Shown: positions 60,337-64,000 of the stretch, one piece after another | How the letters are laid out: each line of letters opens with the position of its first letter | Numbering within the stretch: the stretch's first letter is position 1 | Assembly: GCA_045543795.1 (NCBI GenBank) | Contig: JAZPXV010000015.1 | Coordinates: forward strand, 22,953-86,952 | Length of the DNA stretch: 64,000 nt | Source: Tidjanibacter sp. | Lineage (GTDB): Bacteria; Bacteroidota; Bacteroidia; Bacteroidales; Rikenellaceae | Direction of reading: 5' to 3' | Notes under the pieces: generated by a model | Databases searched by the model: none | What the model was told of the DNA's origin: nothing | The model's input: only the letters and a program-made list of their open reading frames with translations | Translations under genes and position numbers: made by a program

Positions 60337-61878
60337 ATGACCGACTACAAGAGCGAGCGCGAACAGCTCTCGAAGCTATACAACACCTCACAACCCATTA
60401 TCGACCTGCCCGACAGCACAGTAGAGATACGCAACTACGAGTACACATCGACCTTCCCCGTTGAGTACCAAGATGGGGGCGTGATGCGCGGCAACCTCTA
60501 CTACTTCGAGCTCTCACAAGGGGGCAAAGACGAGAACTACCACTTTGTCTACCCCATAATCACCCCCAAGGGGGCCGACACCTTCGACCGAGCAATCATC
60601 TTCTTCCACGGCCTCAACGAGCGCAGTTGGGACAAATACCTGCCCTGGGCCAAATTTCTGGCCGAGAAGAGCGAACGCCCTGTGGTGATGTTCCCCATAG
60701 CCTACCACATCAACCGCTCGCCCAAGAGCTGGAGCAACCCACGCAATATGCGCGAGGTGGTGAGCGACCGCAGCACAGCAGTCGAGGGAGGCGCCACATC
60801 AACCTTTGCCAATGCCGCCCTGAGCACCAGGCTTGAGAAGAATCCCGAGCAGTTTTTGGTCTCGGGCATACAGAGCTACTACGACGTTCTCGACATCGTG
60901 GGCAGCATCAAGGCGGGCCGTCACCCACTCTTCAGCAAGGGGGCACACGTCGACATCTTTGCCTATTCGATTGGCTGCTTCCTGGCCGAGATTCTGCTGC
61001 TCAACAACTCCGAAGATATATTCCGCAATTCGCGCCTGGCGATGTTCTGTGGCGGCGGCACCTTCGACTCGATGTATGGCATATCGAAATACATTATGGA
61101 CGAGAAGGCCTACGAGAGCGTTATGAGCCTCAACAGCGGCAAGAAGCTGCGCCAGATGGGGCGTAACTTTGTGGGCGCACCCAAGTCTATGCGTTTTCGC
61201 CAGAATTGGGACGCCATAGGGCTGATGATGAACGATGGTGAGCGTCGCTCGGAGCGCGAGCGCCTATTTGCCCACAACGCCCACAACATCTACGCCATTG
61301 CGCTCGAGGGCGACAAGGTGATGCCATTCAAAAAGATTATCCGCACACTGAAAGGTCGACGTGGCGACATACCCACTCGCGTAGAGGTCATCGACTTCCC
61401 CTTTGAGTACTCGCACGAGATACCCTTCCCCACCTCGGAGGAGAAGCAGATGCCGCTGGTCAACAGGGCCTTCAACCTGGTGTTCAACAACATCGTAAAC
61501 TTCTATCTGATGGGCGACAGCGTTAGGGAGAAGGCCGAGCGTTTCCGCCTCGAAAAGGCCGCACGAGCCGAAGAAGCCGCACGCCTGCAACGCGAAAAGC
61601 ACGAGCGCATAAAAGCCGAGAAGGCCGCCAAAGAGGCTGCCAAAGCCGAACAAAAGGCCGCATCAAAGCAGTCGAAAGCCGAGCGCAAGGCTGCCGAAAA
61701 GCAAGCCAAAGCCGAGCAGAAGGCTGCCGCCAAACTCTCAAAGGCCGAGCAAAAGCAGGCTCGGGCAGAGCAAAAAGCTGCCGACAAGCAGGCTCAAGCC
61801 GAGCAAAAAGCCCAGGCTAAAGCGGCCAAAGAGGCTGCCCGAGCCGCAAAGAGAGTGGCAAAGAGGAGCGTGAAGTAA
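60337..61878 (+). CDS. Alpha/beta-hydrolase-like protein (DUF6051-like) with a C-terminal Lys/Ala/Glu 11-mer repeat tail
   Basis: 513 aa with FFHGLNERSW and a nucleophile-elbow-like AYSIGCF. The last ~120 aa are KAEQKAAxKxx-type repeats. Confidence 0.5.
   Translation: MTDYKSEREQLSKLYNTSQPIIDLPDSTVEIRNYEYTSTFPVEYQDGGVMRGNLYYFELSQGGKDENYHFVYPIITPKGADTFDRAIIFFHGLNERSWDKYLPWAKFLAEKSERPVVMFPIAYHINRSPKSWSNPRNMREVVSDRSTAVEGGATSTFANAALSTRLEKNPEQFLVSGIQSYYDVLDIVGSIKAGRHPLFSKGAHVDIFAYSIGCFLAEILLLNNSEDIFRNSRLAMFCGGGTFDSMYGISKYIMDEKAYESVMSLNSGKKLRQMGRNFVGAPKSMRFRQNWDAIGLMMNDGERRSERERLFAHNAHNIYAIALEGDKVMPFKKIIRTLKGRRGDIPTRVEVIDFPFEYSHEIPFPTSEEKQMPLVNRAFNLVFNNIVNFYLMGDSVREKAERFRLEKAARAEEAARLQREKHERIKAEKAAKEAAKAEQKAASKQSKAERKAAEKQAKAEQKAAAKLSKAEQKQARAEQKAADKQAQAEQKAQAKAAKEAARAAKRVAKRSVK
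61642..61740 (+). repeat. Three clean 33-nt (11-codon) tandem repeats inside the hydrolase tail; degenerate copies continue to about 61830
   Basis: AAAGCCGAACAAAAGGCCGCATCAAAGCAGTCG / AAAGCCGAGCGCAAGGCTGCCGAAAAGCAAGCC / AAAGCCGAGCAGAAGGCTGCCGCCAAACTCTCA. Confidence 0.9.
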
Positions 61879-61907
61879 CACCCACTTACCATAAAAGCAC
61901 AAAACAA

Positions 61908-61943
61908 AAGAAGCCAAGATGTTTCCACACATCTTGGCTTCTT
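61908..61943. terminator. Bidirectional terminator between convergent genes
   Basis: AAGAAGCCAAGATG-8 nt loop-CATCTTGGCTTCTT. Confidence 0.8.
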
Positions 61944-61977
61944 CGCTCTCTAATATACTCGTTCCTAACCCTGGAGA

Positions 61978-62733
61978 CTACATCTCATCCGACACCAGCA
62001 CGCGGCCGCAGTACTCGCAGATGATAATCTTCCTGCCCTGGCGAATCTCGCTCTGGCGCTGGGGAGGAATACGGTTGAAGCAACCACCACAAGCGTCACG
62101 CTTGATGGGCACAACAGCCATACCATTGCGAACATTCGAGCGGATACGGCAGTAAGCCTGCAACAGGCGCTCGTCGATTACCTCGCGAGCCTTATCGGCC
62201 TGGGCCTTCAGGTTCTCGATATCCTGTGCGGTCTCGGCGTCGATGCTCTCCAGCTCGGCACGTTTGGCAGCCAAGTCAATCTCGCGGTCGCTCTTTGCAG
62301 CCTCAACATCCTCGATGCTCTGTTTCTTAACCTTCAGGTCGGCAGTGTACTGTTTGATGTGTTTCTCGCACAACTGAATCTGCAGTTTGATATACTCAAT
62401 CTCATTACCAATCGAATCAAACTCGCGGTTGTTGCGAACATTTTTCTGCTGCTCTTCGTACCTGGCAATCTGGATTCGGCTCTGCTCAATATCCTCTTTG
62501 TCCTTGCGGAGCAGTGCGTTGAGCTCGTCGATATCGTTCTGAATTTTGTCGAGGCGGGTTTGCAAGCCAGCTACCTCATCCTCGAGGTCGGCTACCTCCA
62601 TAGGCAGTTCGCCCTTAATCTTGTTGATTTCGTCGATTTTCGAGTCGATTTTCTGCAACTCATAGAGTGCTTTGATGCGCTCCTGCATAGTGTAGTCGAC
62701 GGTCTCTACGTTCTTTCTGTTAGTTGTTGCCAT
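61978..62733 (-). CDS. Coiled-coil protein with a C-terminal C4 zinc ribbon (COG1579/DUF164-like)
   Basis: 251 aa with a long coiled coil, then CGGC...CEYCGR. It pairs with NIF3, as in many bacteria. Confidence 0.75.
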   Translation of the reverse strand: MATTNRKNVETVDYTMQERIKALYELQKIDSKIDEINKIKGELPMEVADLEDEVAGLQTRLDKIQNDIDELNALLRKDKEDIEQSRIQIARYEEQQKNVRNNREFDSIGNEIEYIKLQIQLCEKHIKQYTADLKVKKQSIEDVEAAKSDREIDLAAKRAELESIDAETAQDIENLKAQADKAREVIDERLLQAYCRIRSNVRNGMAVVPIKRDACGGCFNRIPPQRQSEIRQGRKIIICEYCGRVLVSDEM

Positions 62734-62796
62734 ACTCTATATTTGAATCTTCTTAAATTATTATCCCTAACCGATTGGTAAGCCTCCTTACTCGCT

Positions 62797-63582
62797 CTAC
62801 AACATATAGTTTACGGGGTTGACCGAGCAGGTACTCTTATGGAGTGCAAAAGTAGGTAATTTTTTTGATAATATCTCAAACAAAATGTCAATTGCGCAAA
62901 TTTCGGTCTCAAAATGTCCTGCATCGACCAGTATCATACGGTCGGCATCGACAAAATCGTGGTATTTGAAGTCGGCCGACAAGTACATATCGGCCCCAAC
63001 TGCCTCGGCCGCCTCGATGAGCGAGCCACCACTGCCGCTACAAATAGCAACCCTCTGCACCCTCTGGCACCTAATGGGGCTGTGCCTCAAGGCCTCAACT
63101 CCGAGGGTGGTCTTTATCTGGGCCAGCATATCGACCGCAGCCACAGGCTCTCCAACGACCTCGGCCACAACACCTATGCCCACCCCCTCGGTACCCGAGG
63201 GCTCCAACAGAGCCACCTCACGCAGCGAGAGCATCTGGGCCAAGCGGTGGCTTATCCCCTCGGCAGGGGCGCTGTCAAGGTTGGTGTGGGCCGCATAGAG
63301 GGCTATGCCGTGCTCGATAGCCTTGGCAATGGTGCGCTGCTGGCGATTGGCCCAAGCCAGTCGCTTTATGGGGCGAAAGATTATGGGGTGGTGGCTAACA
63401 ATCATCTGCGCCCCCACCTCTATCGCCTCGTCAACCACCTCCTCGGTGACATCCAGAGCCACCAACACGCGCTCAACGTCGGCCTGCGGATTGCCCACAG
63501 CCAGGCCAGCATTGTCGTAACTCTCCTGCCATCCCAGTGGCACCTCGGCCTCAAGCGCCGCAACTATGTCGCATACCTTCAT
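62797..63582 (-). CDS. Nif3-like dinuclear metal center protein (GTP cyclohydrolase 1 type 2 homolog)
   Basis: 261 aa with SHHP, YAAHTNLD and DAGHFETE motifs. Confidence 0.88.
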   Translation of the reverse strand: MKVCDIVAALEAEVPLGWQESYDNAGLAVGNPQADVERVLVALDVTEEVVDEAIEVGAQMIVSHHPIIFRPIKRLAWANRQQRTIAKAIEHGIALYAAHTNLDSAPAEGISHRLAQMLSLREVALLEPSGTEGVGIGVVAEVVGEPVAAVDMLAQIKTTLGVEALRHSPIRCQRVQRVAICSGSGGSLIEAAEAVGADMYLSADFKYHDFVDADRMILVDAGHFETEICAIDILFEILSKKLPTFALHKSTCSVNPVNYML

Positions 63583-63632
63583 ACTGATACAAATAACTCT
63601 CTCTTGTGTTGTTCATTTGGCCACAGCGCAGA

Positions 63633-64000
63633 CTAAAACAGAGTCTGCTCAATCACCCTATTCTTTGCCTCCTTCTTGGACTCTTTGGCCGACTGCTTTG
63701 CCACCGCCAGGCGTATATCCTCGGGCGAGAACAAGTTGCCCCCAATCAGCGTGCCCACCTTGGCCGCCTTGGCAGGCTTTTCGGCCTTTTCGGCCTTTTC
63801 GGCCACTGCACTCTCGGCCACCATAAACTGTTCGTCACCAGCAGGCTGCTCTTCTACAACCTCCACAACCTCGGGCTCCTCTGACACCGCAACAGACTCC
63901 ACAGCCACTTCCTGGGCAGTGGGCTGCACCTCGGCCGCAGGGCTCTCTGTTGCAACTTTGTCGGTCACCACTACCTCATCATCCTCCTCAAACTCAATCA
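63633..64000 (-). CDS. C-terminal part of an unidentified protein (acidic, low-complexity); its 5' end lies outside the window
   Basis: The reading frame stays open beyond the GTG listed at 63971 up to nt 64000 (..IEFEEDDEVVVTDKV..). No recognisable domain falls in the visible part. Confidence 0.45.
   Translation of the reverse strand, partial: IEFEEDDEVVVTDKVATESPAAEVQPTAQEVAVESVAVSEEPEVVEVVEEQPAGDEQFMVAESAVAEKAEKAEKPAKAAKVGTLIGGNLFSPEDIRLAVAKQSAKESKKEAKNRVIEQTLF

Noticed and set aside
1-64000. Search for tRNA, rRNA, tmRNA, transposase, phage or toxin-antitoxin genes, and for known defence operons.
   Set aside because: I found no T-loop or anticodon-arm-like sequences in any intergenic region. 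I found no IS-type inverted repeats with a transposase ORF and no recognisable defence or TA gene pairs. All long ORFs are accounted for by housekeeping functions.

Overview
This 64-kb window looks like a chromosomal segment of a Bacteroidota (Bacteroidales-like) genome. The evidence is repeated -33 TTTG / -7 TAnnTTTG promoter matches, a MurF-alanine racemase fusion, bamD-rpoZ-recN and ftsK-lolA synteny, a PG0541-type protein after an RND pump, and many lipoprotein signal peptides. I call about 46 protein genes, and almost all are housekeeping. In order they are: the tail of an EPS/capsule export module (Wza-like, Wzc-type tyrosine kinase, LMW phosphatase nearby), mscL, mutS2, an LptD-like protein, an amidase, two M3 dipeptidases, murF-alr, two GH13 amylases, fabD, plsC, parE-parC, aroK, murI, ftsK, a lolA-like gene, gyrA, a MATE pump, a GH73/LysM hydrolase, a GT9 transferase, a TetR-TolC-MFP-RND-PG0541 efflux operon, hpf, xerC, bamD, rpoZ, recN, and a COG1579 zinc-ribbon/NIF3 pair. 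I see no rRNA, tRNA, CRISPR array, transposase, phage genes or recognisable defence operon. The unusual content is in the intergenic DNA, which is built from a small vocabulary of recurring modules. (1) A two-hairpin REP-like unit occurs 8 times, with conserved loops and compensatory stem changes. (2) 9-bp CTTAARGNC tandem arrays occur at four sites. (3) 7-bp arrays (GACGTTA, TCGACGG, TTGAAAA, TCGAAA) often form inverted arms. (4) Terminators are reused with the same GCCCGATGCA stem. (5) GTGCC-N3-5-GGCAC mini-hairpins recur. (6) A 41-bp hairpin module occurs twice. The best candidate for an undescribed system is a DUF559 (Vsr/PD-(D/E)XK-like) nuclease gene at 55342-55722. It is bracketed on both sides by near-identical ~150-bp inverted doublets of the REP-like unit, an architecture that mirrors REPIN/RAYT systems but with an unrelated nuclease. 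Other leads are a promoter-plus-terminator-defined candidate sRNA (47228-47348), a 42-codon ORF behind a long leader (54611-54739), a 660-bp gene-free repeat patchwork (42232-42891), and helically phased A/T-tract arrays around the topoisomerase genes. All functional readings of the repeats are inference from sequence only.
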